This document shows, in pieces, positions 28,543-38,878 of a stretch of DNA of 64,000 bases (its first letter is position 1; every line of letters starts with the position of its first letter). The stretch comes from Spirochaetia bacterium (GTDB lineage: Bacteria > Spirochaetota > Spirochaetia > DSM-27196 > Salinispiraceae): positions 74,270 to 138,269 of the forward strand of contig JBBRCZ010000008.1 in the NCBI GenBank assembly GCA_038204425.1, read 5' to 3'. Below the pieces are notes generated by a model. It searched no databases and was not told the DNA's origin. It was given only the letters and a program-made list of their open reading frames with translations. The position numbers and the translations under genes are program-made.

Positions 28543-31500
28543 AACGTGCCCGATGGCAAAAGTCTCGGCGTTACCTCTCCGCCCTTGAGATAGCGAATGC
28601 CTTCCACGGCAGCAACTGCAGCCGAAATAGTGGTAGTATACGGTATTCTGCGACGGACAGCTTCAATACGAATGTAGTCGTCATCTCGCTGAGTATAGCG
28701 TCCCAGCGGGGTGTTAATTATTAAGTCAATTCGGTTGTGTTCCATGTGGTCGATTATGTGCGGTCGACCTTCGTGGACCTTTAGCACAACTTCAGCAAAG
28801 ACACCTTGTTTAAACAGAAACTCGGCAGTTCCCTTTGTGGCCGAAATCCTAAAACCGAGGTCTACTAAGTTCTTGACGATGGGAAGCGCAGCAAGGCGGT
28901 CGTGCTTGTTTACGGTGATAAATGCAGTACCGGCAATCGGTAGTATAGTCCCGGTCGCTGCTTGAGCCTTTGAGAATGCTTCGCCAAAGCTGGCACCTAA
29001 ACCTATGGCCTCGCCGGTACTCTTCATCTCTGGTCCCAAGATTGGGTCAACCTCTCTAAAACGATCAAAACTAAAAACTGCTTCTTTGACTGCCCAGCCG
29101 GTGATGCACGAACCAAGGCCTACTCCATCCAAGCCACTTTTGTTTGAGTCAATTAGACCCTGCTTGGCGAGATTCTGGCCGCGCCATGATTTTACTGCTG
29201 CATCTACCATGTTGACACCAGTCGCTTTGGAAATAAAGGGTACGGTTCGGCTGGCTCGAGGGTTAACTTCCAGAACGTAGAGCAGCTCATCTTTGACGGC
29301 AAATTGAATGTTGAGAAAGCCGTGTACACCAATTTCTCGCGCAATTTTGGCGGTGGCTTCTAACATCTGGCGTTCGATGCGGGGATTAGACTTGTAGGCA
29401 GGAAAAACACAGGCTGAGTCTCCCGAGTGGATGCCAGCTGCCTCAATATGTTGCATAATGCCCGCAACATAGACGTTTTTAGTATCGCACAAAGCATCAA
29501 CATCGTATTCAAAGGCGTCTTCCAAAAACTTATCAACCAAAATTGGACGCTCTGGAGAACACTCAAGACCCTTTTGACGAATCAAGAAGTCTTTAAGTTC
29601 GGCGTCGTCGTAGACAATTGCCATGGCCCGCCCACCCAGAACAAATGAGGGTCTGATCAATACTGGGTAGCCAACTTCGTTGGCCATCTGCTGAATATTG
29701 TCTAGGCTTGCAATAGTTCGGTTGGGCGGCTGATTGAGCCCGAGCTTAGTGATGAGCTCAGAAAAGAGCTTGCGATCTTCGGCTGCTCGAATTGCCAAAA
29801 CAGGCGTGCCTACTATCTTAGCACCCCAGGCCTCCAGCTCTTCGCTCATATTGAGAGGAGTCTGGCCTCCCAGTTGCACTACCACGTCCTTAATGCCCTC
29901 GCGCAGCATCAATTCCTTTACATCCTCTACGGTTAGTGGCTCAATATAGAGTCGGTCGCTAACGTTAAAGTCGGTCGATACGGTCTCGGGGTTGGAGTTA
30001 ACCATGACGCTTTTTACACCAATTTTTCGGTAGGCCATTGATGAAAGCGTACAACAGGTATCAAACTCCAAGCCTTGGCCAATGCGGTTGGGGCCCGATG
30101 CAAGAATAATAACACCATCGCCTTCCATCGGCAGGGCTTCGTTAATTTCTCCGTAGGTGCCATAGAAGTAAGGAGTGCTGGCTTCAAACTCGCCGGAACA
30201 AGTGTCAACAAAGTGGTAGCTGGCGTGGATATCCAGTTGGTTTCGTTCCGCCTCAATTGCAGCTGGGTTCGTGCCACACAGTTTTGCTATGCGCTTGTCA
30301 GCAAAGCCCATACGCTTAGCCTTCATCAAGAGAAGACTTCCGAGGGGCTTAGTGCCACCATGCAAAGTCAGTTCTTGTTCGAGCTCAATCTGCTCCCAAA
30401 AATTGTGCAAAAACCATGGATCAAAGCCTGTTTTTTTGGAAATAGCAGTCAAGGCGCCGTAGCCGCGACGTTTGAGTGCCGTGTAAGCACCAAAGATTCT
30501 ACGTGGGTGACGAGTGGAGAGCATCAGCTCTAAGGTGTCTTCATCGACCTCGGCAAAGTCTTCTAAACCGCTAAAGCCAAACTCGCACGCTCGTATCGCT
30601 TTGTTGAGAGCTTCATTAAAGGTACGTCCAATAGAAAGTGACTCACCGACGCTCTTCATTTGCGTGCCAAGTTCGGCATAGCCTCTGGGGAACTTTTCCA
30701 TCTCAAATCGTGGTACTTTGACAGCCACGTAGTCCAGACTCGGCTCAAAACAAGAGACCGTCTTGCCGGTTATGTCGTTAATAATCTCGTCAAGAGTATA
30801 ACCAACCGCCAACTTGGCAGAACATCGCGCTATAGGGAAGCCAGTCGCCTTGGAGGCTAGGGCCGAGGACCGGCTAACTCGTGGGTTCATTTCTATGACT
30901 ATCATGCGACCGTCAACTGGATTGACTGCAAACTGAACATTGGAACCGCCGCAATCGACGCCAATTTTTCGCAAGATCTCTATGCTTGCGGTACGCATGT
31001 TTTGGTATTCTATGTCAGACAGGGTTTGGATGGGGGCTACCGTTATTGAGTCACCGGTGTGGACACCCATAGGATCTACGTTTTCTATTGAACAGACGAT
31101 GACCGCGTTGTCAGCCTTGTCTCGCATGACTTCCATCTCAAACTCTTTCCAGCCAAGCAAACTCTCTTCTATCAAAGTTTGATGGATGGGGCTTTCTTCT
31201 AGGGCGCGCAAAATATAGGCTTCTACATCTTCCCAGCGAGAAGCAATGCTGCCACCGCGCCCACCCAAGGTAAAGCTTGGCCTGATAATAAGCGGCAAGC
31301 CGTTTTCGCGGGCAAAAATCATGCCTTCGGCCACGCTATGGGCCAAGACACTGTGGGCTGAGTTGAGCCCGATACTAGCGACTACTTCTTTAAACAGGCC
31401 TCGATCTTCTGCCAATTCTATGGCACGAATATTGGCGCCCAGGATTTCGACCCCATATTTTTCTAGGATACCTGCCTTATGTAAGTCGAGCGTTAGATTG

Positions 31501-31787
31501 AGCGCAGTTTGGCCGCCCATGGTTGGCAACACGGCATCGGGTTTTTCAATTTTTATGATCTGCTCTAGATAGTTGACTTCCAAGGGGTCAAGATAGATGG
31601 CATCGGCGGTGCCTGGCGTAGTCATAATGGTTGCTGGATTGGGGTTGACCAAAACGACTTGATAGCCTTCTTCCTTGAGTGCTCGCACAGCTTGATTGCC
31701 TGAGTAGTCAAACTCACAAGCCTGACCTATTACGATTGGGCCGGATCCTATAATCAGTATTTTTTTTATGTCTTTTCGGGCGGGCAT
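28539..31787 (-). CDS. carB: Carbamoyl-phosphate synthase large subunit
   Basis: [37 protein letters not shown], duplicated ATP-grasp halves, C-terminal MGS domain. Confidence 0.98.
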   Translation of the reverse strand: MPARKDIKKILIIGSGPIVIGQACEFDYSGNQAVRALKEEGYQVVLVNPNPATIMTTPGTADAIYLDPLEVNYLEQIIKIEKPDAVLPTMGGQTALNLTLDLHKAGILEKYGVEILGANIRAIELAEDRGLFKEVVASIGLNSAHSVLAHSVAEGMIFARENGLPLIIRPSFTLGGRGGSIASRWEDVEAYILRALEESPIHQTLIEESLLGWKEFEMEVMRDKADNAVIVCSIENVDPMGVHTGDSITVAPIQTLSDIEYQNMRTASIEILRKIGVDCGGSNVQFAVNPVDGRMIVIEMNPRVSRSSALASKATGFPIARCSAKLAVGYTLDEIINDITGKTVSCFEPSLDYVAVKVPRFEMEKFPRGYAELGTQMKSVGESLSIGRTFNEALNKAIRACEFGFSGLEDFAEVDEDTLELMLSTRHPRRIFGAYTALKRRGYGALTAISKKTGFDPWFLHNFWEQIELEQELTLHGGTKPLGSLLLMKAKRMGFADKRIAKLCGTNPAAIEAERNQLDIHASYHFVDTCSGEFEASTPYFYGTYGEINEALPMEGDGVIILASGPNRIGQGLEFDTCCTLSSMAYRKIGVKSVMVNSNPETVSTDFNVSDRLYIEPLTVEDVKELMLREGIKDVVVQLGGQTPLNMSEELEAWGAKIVGTPVLAIRAAEDRKLFSELITKLGLNQPPNRTIASLDNIQQMANEVGYPVLIRPSFVLGGRAMAIVYDDAELKDFLIRQKGLECSPERPILVDKFLEDAFEYDVDALCDTKNVYVAGIMQHIEAAGIHSGDSACVFPAYKSNPRIERQMLEATAKIAREIGVHGFLNIQFAVKDELLYVLEVNPRASRTVPFISKATGVNMVDAAVKSWRGQNLAKQGLIDSNKSGLDGVGLGSCITGWAVKEAVFSFDRFREVDPILGPEMKSTGEAIGLGASFGEAFSKAQAATGTILPIAGTAFITVNKHDRLAALPIVKNLVDLGFRISATKGTAEFLFKQGVFAEVVLKVHEGRPHIIDHMEHNRIDLIINTPLGRYTQRDDDYIRIEAVRRRIPYTTTISAAVAAVEGIRYLKGGEVTPRLLPSGTF

Positions 31788-31848
31788 TGTAAGACTCCTT
31801 GCTCTAACTCTTTAGTGCTGCTATGGAAATAAAACCAAATTGTTCGGT

Positions 31849-33075
31849 CTAGGCCTTCTTCATTCCGCGCAAAAAAGCGCCAAATATCCAGAGACTGTCA
31901 TAAGGACCGGGGGCGCTTTCGGGATGAAACTGGGCAGTATAGATTTTGCGTGACTCGGATATAATTCCTTCGATACTTTGGTCGTTGGCGTTGCGAAACC
32001 AGACTTTGACATCCGTGGGTAATTGCTCTTCTTTGACGGCAAAACCATGGTTTTGACTAGTAACAAAGACTTTTTTGCTGAGTTCGTCGCGCACGGGGTG
32101 ATTGATGCCGTGGTGACCAAACTTCATTTTGTAGGTCTGGGCACCTAGTGCCAGTGAGATTAGCTGATGTCCCAAGCAGATCCCGGTAAGCGGTATTTTG
32201 CCAATCAGGCCTTTAATTGCAGCAATTTGGTGCGTCAAAACGGCCGGGTCACCTGGTCCATTGGAAACCAAGACGCCGTCATGACCGCCAGCTAAGATGT
32301 CTTGGGCTCCGGCTGTTGAAGGATAGACGCTTACTTTGCAGCCAAAAGCAGAAAGCTCCCTGATGATGTTGGCCTTGGCGCCACAGTCATAAAGTGCCAC
32401 GTTTAGACCCTTGGGTACCGAGTTTGTGTCGGTCTGACTGAGTGCGAGCGCTGGGTGTTCTGTCCGCGCCAGCTCACTGGGCAGTTCGCTTAGCGCTGTA
32501 GGGCTACCTACATCAGCAATCAAGTTGGCACCGACCATGCTCGGATAGGCAGCCAAATATGCGGAAACTGTTTTAAGTTCGTCCTGACTAAGGCCCTTAT
32601 CAGTTTCGGCGGGTCTAAGCACTAGACCCATCAGGCTGCCTTGGCTCCGTAGTTCGAGCGTTAGTTTGCGCGTGTCAATTTCCGAAACGCCGGGAATCTT
32701 ATTTTTGAGCAAGTAATTGTCCAGCGTGTCTCGACCCTCAGGCACTGGTCCTCTGTACAGACTCCGTACCACAAAACCGGCCGCTTTTACTTTGCGATCG
32801 GGTCGATCGCCTTCGGGCCCCGACTCATTCCAAGCAAAATCGGTGCCATAGTTGCCCATGTGTGGGTAGGTCATGGCTACAATCTGTCCTGTATAGGAGG
32901 GGTCGGTAAGTACTTCGTAGTAGCCGGACATGGCGGTATTAAATACGACTTCGCCGGTGTGGGCGTAAGTCTTGAGTCCCTGCTTAAGTTCGCTTGCCAA
33001 GGGTGCTTGGGCACCAAAGCCTTGCCCTTGGTACACTGATCCGTTTTGCAAGACTAAATAGGTCAAACTGGCCAT
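31849..33075 (-). CDS. carA: Carbamoyl-phosphate synthase small subunit
   Basis: GEVVFNTAMSGY, LTDPSYTGQ, SNGPGDP, GICLGHQ, QFHPE. Confidence 0.97.
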   Translation of the reverse strand: MASLTYLVLQNGSVYQGQGFGAQAPLASELKQGLKTYAHTGEVVFNTAMSGYYEVLTDPSYTGQIVAMTYPHMGNYGTDFAWNESGPEGDRPDRKVKAAGFVVRSLYRGPVPEGRDTLDNYLLKNKIPGVSEIDTRKLTLELRSQGSLMGLVLRPAETDKGLSQDELKTVSAYLAAYPSMVGANLIADVGSPTALSELPSELARTEHPALALSQTDTNSVPKGLNVALYDCGAKANIIRELSAFGCKVSVYPSTAGAQDILAGGHDGVLVSNGPGDPAVLTHQIAAIKGLIGKIPLTGICLGHQLISLALGAQTYKMKFGHHGINHPVRDELSKKVFVTSQNHGFAVKEEQLPTDVKVWFRNANDQSIEGIISESRKIYTAQFHPESAPGPYDSLWIFGAFLRGMKKA

Positions 33076-33153
33076 GGTTCACCGATCCTTTTCCTGCCAG
33101 ACGCCAAATAGTGCATTGCCTCCACGTTTGGGTAACCGGGCAGGATGTAGTTT

Positions 33154-33180
33154 AAAAAAAAGCCGGCACAATCGCCGGCT
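33154..33180 (-). terminator. Rho-independent terminator after tRNA-Gln
   Basis: On the minus strand: AGCCGGC-GATTGT-GCCGGCT followed by a T-tract. Confidence 0.8.
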
Positions 33181-33206
33181 GTATTCCGCTTTGGAACAAT
33201 TAGGCT

Positions 33207-33277
33207 TTCCCCGGGAAGGATTTGAACCCTCACAAACAGAATCAGAATCTGTGGTGCTACCGTTACACTACCAGGGA
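33207..33277 (-). tRNA. tRNA-Gln(CTG)
   Basis: Reverse complement TCCCTGGTAGTGTAACGGTAGCACCACAGA-TTCTGAT-TCTGT...GGTTCAAATCC...CCGGGGAA. TTGACA-17-TAGAGT promoter upstream (33331-33303). Confidence 0.93.
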
Positions 33278-33466
33278 TCGTTGTACAGGCCAACAGGGCC
33301 AGACTCTAAACCGAAAGCCTTGGAATGTCAAGTTATCGCTCGTGGCGCAGTAGCTGCGCGACCCTGAGATGGCCAACAAAAAAAAGACTCACCTGATACA
33401 CAAATAGTTTTCCGAAATGCATAAAATAGTTATACAATGCAGTGCATCTTAGGGAGTAGCAGCTTA

Positions 33467-34282
33467 ATGACTTCACAGGAAATGGCTTGGAAGATAAGAA
33501 AACACGCTTTATCAATGACCTATAGGTCTGGGGCGTCTCATATAGGGCCTGCACTTTCAATAGCCGATATAGTTGCGGTTCTCTATAGTGAGGTTCTCAA
33601 GCTTAATCCAAAGCAGCCAGACTGGCAGGATCGCGACTACTTTATCCTCAGCAAGGGACACGCAGGAATCGCTGTCTACGCTGCCTTGGCTCTGCGTGGC
33701 TTCTTTCCTGAAGCCGAGCTTGAGCACTACTATGCTAATGGAAGCAATCTTTGCGGCCATGTTTCGCACAAAAACGTGCCCGGTGTCGAGCTGTCGACTG
33801 GCTCTTTGGGTCATGGACTTGCAGTAGGCAACGGGCTGGCCTTGGCACTTAGAATGGACAAAAGACCAAACCGTGTCTTTGTCTTGCTGGGCGACGGAGA
33901 GTGTGACGAAGGTTCTATCTGGGAAGCCGCTTTGTTTGCCGGGCACCATAGGCTTTCTAACCTGGTCGCCATTATAGATCACAACAAGATGCAAGCCATG
34001 GGAGACTGCAGCTCAGTTGCAAATCTTGAGCCCTTTGAAGACAAGTGGAAGGCTTTTAACTGGCGTACCAAACGAGTTGATGGTCACCAACACGATGCCC
34101 TTAGGCATGCCTTAGAACCAGGTTTGACCCAGGACTCGCCCACCTGTATTATCGCCGACACCATCAAAGGCAAGGGAATAAGTTTTATGGAAAACAATTT
34201 ACTGTGGCACTACCGCAATCCAAGCGAACAGATTGTAAAACAAGCGCTGGAAGAGTTGGAGCAAGGCCCCAATGCGCAATAG
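33467..34282 (+). CDS. Split transketolase, N-terminal (TPP-binding) subunit
   Basis: SHIGPALS, RDYFILSKGH, STGSLGHG, GDGECDEG, TIKGKG. Start moved to ATG 33467 (AGGGAG RBS). Confidence 0.92.
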   Translation: MTSQEMAWKIRKHALSMTYRSGASHIGPALSIADIVAVLYSEVLKLNPKQPDWQDRDYFILSKGHAGIAVYAALALRGFFPEAELEHYYANGSNLCGHVSHKNVPGVELSTGSLGHGLAVGNGLALALRMDKRPNRVFVLLGDGECDEGSIWEAALFAGHHRLSNLVAIIDHNKMQAMGDCSSVANLEPFEDKWKAFNWRTKRVDGHQHDALRHALEPGLTQDSPTCIIADTIKGKGISFMENNLLWHYRNPSEQIVKQALEELEQGPNAQ

Positions 34283-35198
34283 TTTTGTAGACACACTGCT
34301 GGAGCTAGCCACTAGTGACCCGCAACTGTGCTTGATTACTGGTGACTTGGGCTACAATGTGCTTAACCGCTTTTACGAGAGCTTTCCTGAACGGTATATC
34401 AACGCGGGTATTGCCGAACAATTGATGACCAGCATGGCCACCGGCATGGCCTTGGCAGGAAAATCAGTCTACACCTATTCTCTGGCAAACTTTCCTAGCC
34501 TGCGTTGCTTGGAACAAATTCGCAACGATATTTGCTACCACAACTGCAACGTTACCATAGTAAGCGTTGGTGCAGGCTTTGGGTATGGTTCGCTTGGTAT
34601 GAGTCACCATGCCACCGAAGATGTTGCTATTATGCGCGCACTACCTAACATGATAGTCTGTTCGCCCGGCGATCCTTGGGAAACGGTCGCAGCGACACGC
34701 TTGCTGCATCAACATGGAGGCCCTGCTTTTTTGCGCCTTGGCAAAGGTGGCGAACCACGTTTGCATGCCACCCTACCGCAACTTGCTTTTGGCAAGGGTC
34801 TGTGCTTGATAGAAGGTAGCGAGGTGGCCATAGTTTCAAATGGCCCAATACTGAGCGAAGCCTACAAAGCTTGCCAATTGCTCAACGCCGATGGCATTTC
34901 GTGCGCTCTGTACAGTCTTCCTTTTGTAAAACCACTCGATACCGAGCTTATCGAAAAACTTGCTCGTTCTTGTGTGCTGATAGTCAGTGTAGAAGAGCAC
35001 AGCATCATTGGCGGCTTCTCCGGAGCGGTGGCAGAACATTTGGCTGGACTGCGCGACCGGCGTGCGATACAGATCCGCATTGGACTGCAAGATCGCTATT
35101 CTTCCATTGTTGGGGACCAAGCCTATTTGCGCCAAGTCTATGAGATGGATCATCTTGCAATCTACAACAAAACCAAGGCCGAGTTGGCAATCTCATGA
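34272..35198 (+). CDS. Split transketolase, C-terminal (pyrimidine-binding) subunit
   Basis: GDLG, NAGIAEQ, RCLEQIRND, SHHATED, VEEHSIIGG. Confidence 0.92.
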   Translation: MRNSFVDTLLELATSDPQLCLITGDLGYNVLNRFYESFPERYINAGIAEQLMTSMATGMALAGKSVYTYSLANFPSLRCLEQIRNDICYHNCNVTIVSVGAGFGYGSLGMSHHATEDVAIMRALPNMIVCSPGDPWETVAATRLLHQHGGPAFLRLGKGGEPRLHATLPQLAFGKGLCLIEGSEVAIVSNGPILSEAYKACQLLNADGISCALYSLPFVKPLDTELIEKLARSCVLIVSVEEHSIIGGFSGAVAEHLAGLRDRRAIQIRIGLQDRYSSIVGDQAYLRQVYEMDHLAIYNKTKAELAIS

Positions 35199-36121
35199 GC
35201 ACAAAGGCACCAGTCTTGGTGACAGGAGCGACCAGCTTTATTGGACTTAAACTTTGCTCGCGTCTTGTGCGTGAGCAAAACTCAGTTGTTGCCGTTTGTC
35301 GTCCAGACTCTGCGAGACTAGGCCTACTTGAGCAAAACCCGCTGGTGCGTACCGTCTATGCTGACATGAGTGACTATAGTCAGCTAGATAGCATGGTGGG
35401 CGAAGCCTGTAGCACGCTTTTTGCCTTAGCTTGGAATGGTACGCGCGGACACAGCCGCGACGACGATGCCTTGCAGGCAAGCAACCTTGAGCATTCACTC
35501 GATGCCTTGCGCTGTGCCCTCAACTTAGGCTGCACGACCATAATTAGCGCTGGTTCTCAGGCCGAGTATGGCTTGCATGCCGGCCCCGTCAGCGAACAAA
35601 CAATCTGCAAGCCAGTCACCGCCTATGGCAAAAACAAACTCAAGTTTTTTGAAAGAGCTCTTGAGCTCTGTCCTGCTGACGTTGCTTTTCGCGAGCCTCG
35701 TTTTTTTAGCCTTTATGGCAAAGAAGATAGCCAGCAGACCATGCTAATCTCAATCCTAAGCAAGATGTTGCGCAATCTACCCTGTCAGCTTACGCTGTGT
35801 GTGCAAAGCTGGGATTTTTTGCATATCGACGACGCTATTGAAGGCCTCTTGGCGCTGATGCAGGCCGACTGCCAAAGTGGCGCGTACAACTTTGGTTCTG
35901 GACAAGCCCAGTCACTCAGGGCTTTTATTGAACAGATGCTAACGTTGAGCGGTTCTAGCAGTCAATTGGAGTTTGGCGCCGTGGACTTTCCAAGTTCTGG
36001 CATGGTAAACGTAAATCCCTCAATTGATAAGATGCGAAAGCAGTGTGCTTGGTCACCCAAAATAAGCTTTGAAGAAGGAATCAGTGACATAATTGTGCAC
36101 TTAAAAAGGAGTCTAGCATGA
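35195..36121 (+). CDS. NAD(P)-dependent nucleotide-sugar epimerase/reductase (extended SDR)
   Basis: VLVTGATSFIG, GSQAEYG, YGKNK (YxxxK), WDFLHIDD. Confidence 0.88.
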   Translation: MSTKAPVLVTGATSFIGLKLCSRLVREQNSVVAVCRPDSARLGLLEQNPLVRTVYADMSDYSQLDSMVGEACSTLFALAWNGTRGHSRDDDALQASNLEHSLDALRCALNLGCTTIISAGSQAEYGLHAGPVSEQTICKPVTAYGKNKLKFFERALELCPADVAFREPRFFSLYGKEDSQQTMLISILSKMLRNLPCQLTLCVQSWDFLHIDDAIEGLLALMQADCQSGAYNFGSGQAQSLRAFIEQMLTLSGSSSQLEFGAVDFPSSGMVNVNPSIDKMRKQCAWSPKISFEEGISDIIVHLKRSLA

Positions 36122-37071
36122 AGACTATTTCTATATTGATCCCAACTTATAACGAAGAGGAAAATGTCCCACTACTCTACCCAGAACTCAAGGCCTTGTT
36201 TGTACAGCAGCTCGCCAACTACAAGTACGAATTTGTCTTTATCGACAATAAGTCCAAGGATAAGACCAGAGAAGAGATACTCAAAATCTGCAACAGTGAC
36301 AAAAACGTCAAAGCTATTTTTAACTGTCGCAACTTTGGTCAGTTTAACTCTCCCTACTACGGCATAACGCAGACCACTGGCGACTGTTGTATTTTACTGT
36401 GCGCCGACTTCCAGGACCCTTTGGAGATGATTCCTCAATTTGTAGCCGAGTGGGAAAAAGGTTTTAGGATTGTTGTTGGCATAAAGAACAAAAGCAAAGA
36501 GAACCCGCTGATGTTTTTGGCGCGCTCAATTTTTTACCGCGCTTTAAAGAAGATGTCCGAGGTAGAAATGATAGAACACTTTACCGGCTTTGGCCTCTAC
36601 GACAAAAGCTTTGTAGACGTCCTCAAAAACCTCGATGATTCCACTCCGTTTTTGCGCGGCATAGTGGCCGAACTCGGTTTTGAACGCAAAGAGATTAGCT
36701 ACACTCAGGCAAAACGGCGAGCCGGAAAAACAAGCAACAACTGGTTTAAGCTCTACGATGCTGCCATGCTTGGTATAACTTCTTACACCAAGTCGATGAT
36801 GCGTCTGGCTACCTTTGTTGGCTTTTTTCTGGCAGGAATTTCGATAGTTGTGGCCTTGGTTTACTTGGTTCTAAAGCTGCTGTTTTGGGATCATTTTCCA
36901 ACAGGTATAGCACCCATTACGATTGCCATCTTCTTCTTTGGTTCAATTCAGCTCTTCTTTATTGGTTTTTTGGGGGAGTACATCTTGAGCATTAATGCGC
37001 GCGTCAAACACCGACCTTTGGTAGTTGAAGATCAGCGCATCAATTACCAAGAAAAGGCGCGTTTACTCTAG
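36118..37071 (+). CDS. GT2 polyprenyl-phosphate glycosyltransferase, GtrB-like
   Basis: LIPTYNEE, FIDNKSKD, RNFG, ADFQDP, FLRG, two C-terminal TM helices, GEY...RP. Confidence 0.9.
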   Translation: MKTISILIPTYNEEENVPLLYPELKALFVQQLANYKYEFVFIDNKSKDKTREEILKICNSDKNVKAIFNCRNFGQFNSPYYGITQTTGDCCILLCADFQDPLEMIPQFVAEWEKGFRIVVGIKNKSKENPLMFLARSIFYRALKKMSEVEMIEHFTGFGLYDKSFVDVLKNLDDSTPFLRGIVAELGFERKEISYTQAKRRAGKTSNNWFKLYDAAMLGITSYTKSMMRLATFVGFFLAGISIVVALVYLVLKLLFWDHFPTGIAPITIAIFFFGSIQLFFIGFLGEYILSINARVKHRPLVVEDQRINYQEKARLL

Positions 37072-38088
37072 TCCGTTGGGGTTCATAGACTGCCAACGCC
37101 AGGTGTCAGCACACATGTCGTCGATAGTCTTGACCGCTGTCCAACCCAGCTCTTGGTTGGCTAAAGTGGGGTCGGCATAGCAGATTGCAATATCACCTGC
37201 CCGGCGTGGCTCAAAGGTTCGTGACAATTTTTTGCCACAGGCTTTTTCAAAAGCTGCCAGCATTTGCAGCACACTACTGCCTTTGCCGCTACCAAGATTG
37301 TAGGTATGCAGTCCATCTCCAGGTCCGAGTTTGGTCAAGGCTTGTAGGTGCCCTTGCGCCAGGTCTTTGATGTGAATATAGTCGCGCACTCCTGTGCCGT
37401 CTGGCGTTGAGTAGTCGTTGCCGTAGACTCGTAAACTTGGCAATTTTCCGATCGCAACTTGGGCAATATAGGGCACAAGATTATTGGGAATACCATTGGG
37501 ATCTTCGCCAAGTCTGCCGCTCTCATGAGCACCAACTGGATTAAAATAACGAAGCAGGACAATGTTCCAACTTGAGTCTGACCGATAAATGTCACGTAAA
37601 ATTTCTTCAATAAATAGCTTGGTTCTTCCATAGGGATTGGTAGCGCCCAGGGGAGAGTCTTCGGCAAGCGGCACCTTTTCGGCTAAGCCATAAACAGTGG
37701 CTGAAGAGGAAAATATCAGATTTTTGCACAAAAACTCGGCCATTACTTTACATAGCACAAAGGTTGCGGTCAAATTGTTGTGATAATAAAGGAGCGGCTT
37801 GGCAACCGACTCTCCGACTGCTTTGAGCCCCGCAAAATGGATTACGGCCTCAATGGGCGCACCAGCCTGTTTTGCTTGCTCAAATACCTGGCGTAAGCCA
37901 GCTTCATCGAGTAGGTCAACTTGGTAAAAATCAATTGATTTTGCTGTAATTGCTTGTACTCGCGACAAGGATTCACGCTTGGAGTTAAGTAGATTATCTA
38001 CTACTACAACAGTATGGCCAGCTTCTAAAAGTTGGATACAAGTATGAGAGCCAATGTAGCCGGCTCCGCCGGTAACCAGTATTTTCAT
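37063..38088 (-). CDS. galE: UDP-glucose 4-epimerase
   Basis: GGAGYIGSH, HFAGLKAVGES, SSSATVYG, YGRTK, RYFNPVGAH, DGTGVRDYIH. Confidence 0.97.
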   Translation of the reverse strand: MKILVTGGAGYIGSHTCIQLLEAGHTVVVVDNLLNSKRESLSRVQAITAKSIDFYQVDLLDEAGLRQVFEQAKQAGAPIEAVIHFAGLKAVGESVAKPLLYYHNNLTATFVLCKVMAEFLCKNLIFSSSATVYGLAEKVPLAEDSPLGATNPYGRTKLFIEEILRDIYRSDSSWNIVLLRYFNPVGAHESGRLGEDPNGIPNNLVPYIAQVAIGKLPSLRVYGNDYSTPDGTGVRDYIHIKDLAQGHLQALTKLGPGDGLHTYNLGSGKGSSVLQMLAAFEKACGKKLSRTFEPRRAGDIAICYADPTLANQELGWTAVKTIDDMCADTWRWQSMNPNGLE

Positions 38089-38108
38089 TGTGCGTACATA
38101 CTTAACAA

Positions 38109-38828
38109 TTATTTGCTGCTTTGTCCAGCAGATGCTTGCAAGACATTCTGAATGGCCTCAAACCATTTTTTTGCAATTTTTTGCTCGCCACTTTGATTAG
38201 GATGGACACCATCGTAGACGTCAGACAAAAGATTGATGTCGTTGTACTGATCAACTACCATAAGCTTGGAACTATTAGTGCTTTTGCTCGCCACTAGGTC
38301 GACTATTTTTTTGTTGAGCCTAAAAATAATGTGGTCATAAAGTAAGGCAGGAATCAGTTGCGCAACAATGATGGTCACACGCGGATTTACCACTCTCAGG
38401 CTGTCAACAATGGCACTTAAGTAGGCAATAATACTTGCCTCATCTCGGTTGTAAAAAACATCGTTGGTTCCAAGATGAATCAAGACCATGTCGGGACGTG
38501 CTGCACGAGCCCAGGTATCTATCTGTGCCAAGATTTGATCGCTTCGCCAGCCCCAATGACCCTCGTGGTCTTGGTCAAAGTCGTTAAACAAGTTGCTACC
38601 TTGGTGATTCTGGCTTTGGCTGCCAACAAAATCCACCTCAATGCTTGCCTGGCGCAAAAGTTGAAAGAGCCAGTAGCGATATGAGGCCCTGCCCACTGCG
38701 CCTTGAGTGATCGAATCGCCCAGTGGCATGAGCTTTAAAACAGTGGCTCTAGATTGTGCCCCAGTCTCTGCACCATCTGATTCTTGACCAAAGAGTGACC
38801 AGCCTAGTCCAACTAGGCTGATCACCAC
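38109..38828 (-). CDS. Exported SGNH/GDSL hydrolase (CE3-like esterase); the true start may be upstream, at 38882
   Basis: MPLGDSIT, HEGHWGW, HLGTND, DGVHPN motifs. Confidence 0.85.
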   Translation of the reverse strand: MVISLVGLGWSLFGQESDGAETGAQSRATVLKLMPLGDSITQGAVGRASYRYWLFQLLRQASIEVDFVGSQSQNHQGSNLFNDFDQDHEGHWGWRSDQILAQIDTWARAARPDMVLIHLGTNDVFYNRDEASIIAYLSAIVDSLRVVNPRVTIIVAQLIPALLYDHIIFRLNKKIVDLVASKSTNSSKLMVVDQYNDINLLSDVYDGVHPNQSGEQKIAKKWFEAIQNVLQASAGQSSK

Positions 38829-38878
38829 TATTACAGCGAGTATGCTGCCAAGTTGCTGGCGCTTTGATGGCTTGGTTT

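Noticed and set aside
33063..33560. ORFs 33063-33293, 33074-33367 and 33333-33560
   Set aside because: They overlap tRNA-Gln, its terminator/promoter or the transketolase start, and have no protein features.
33207..37071. Sugar cassette as an island integrated at tRNA-Gln
   Set aside because: The cassette lies on the 5' side of the tRNA. No integrase and no duplicated tRNA 3' end were seen.
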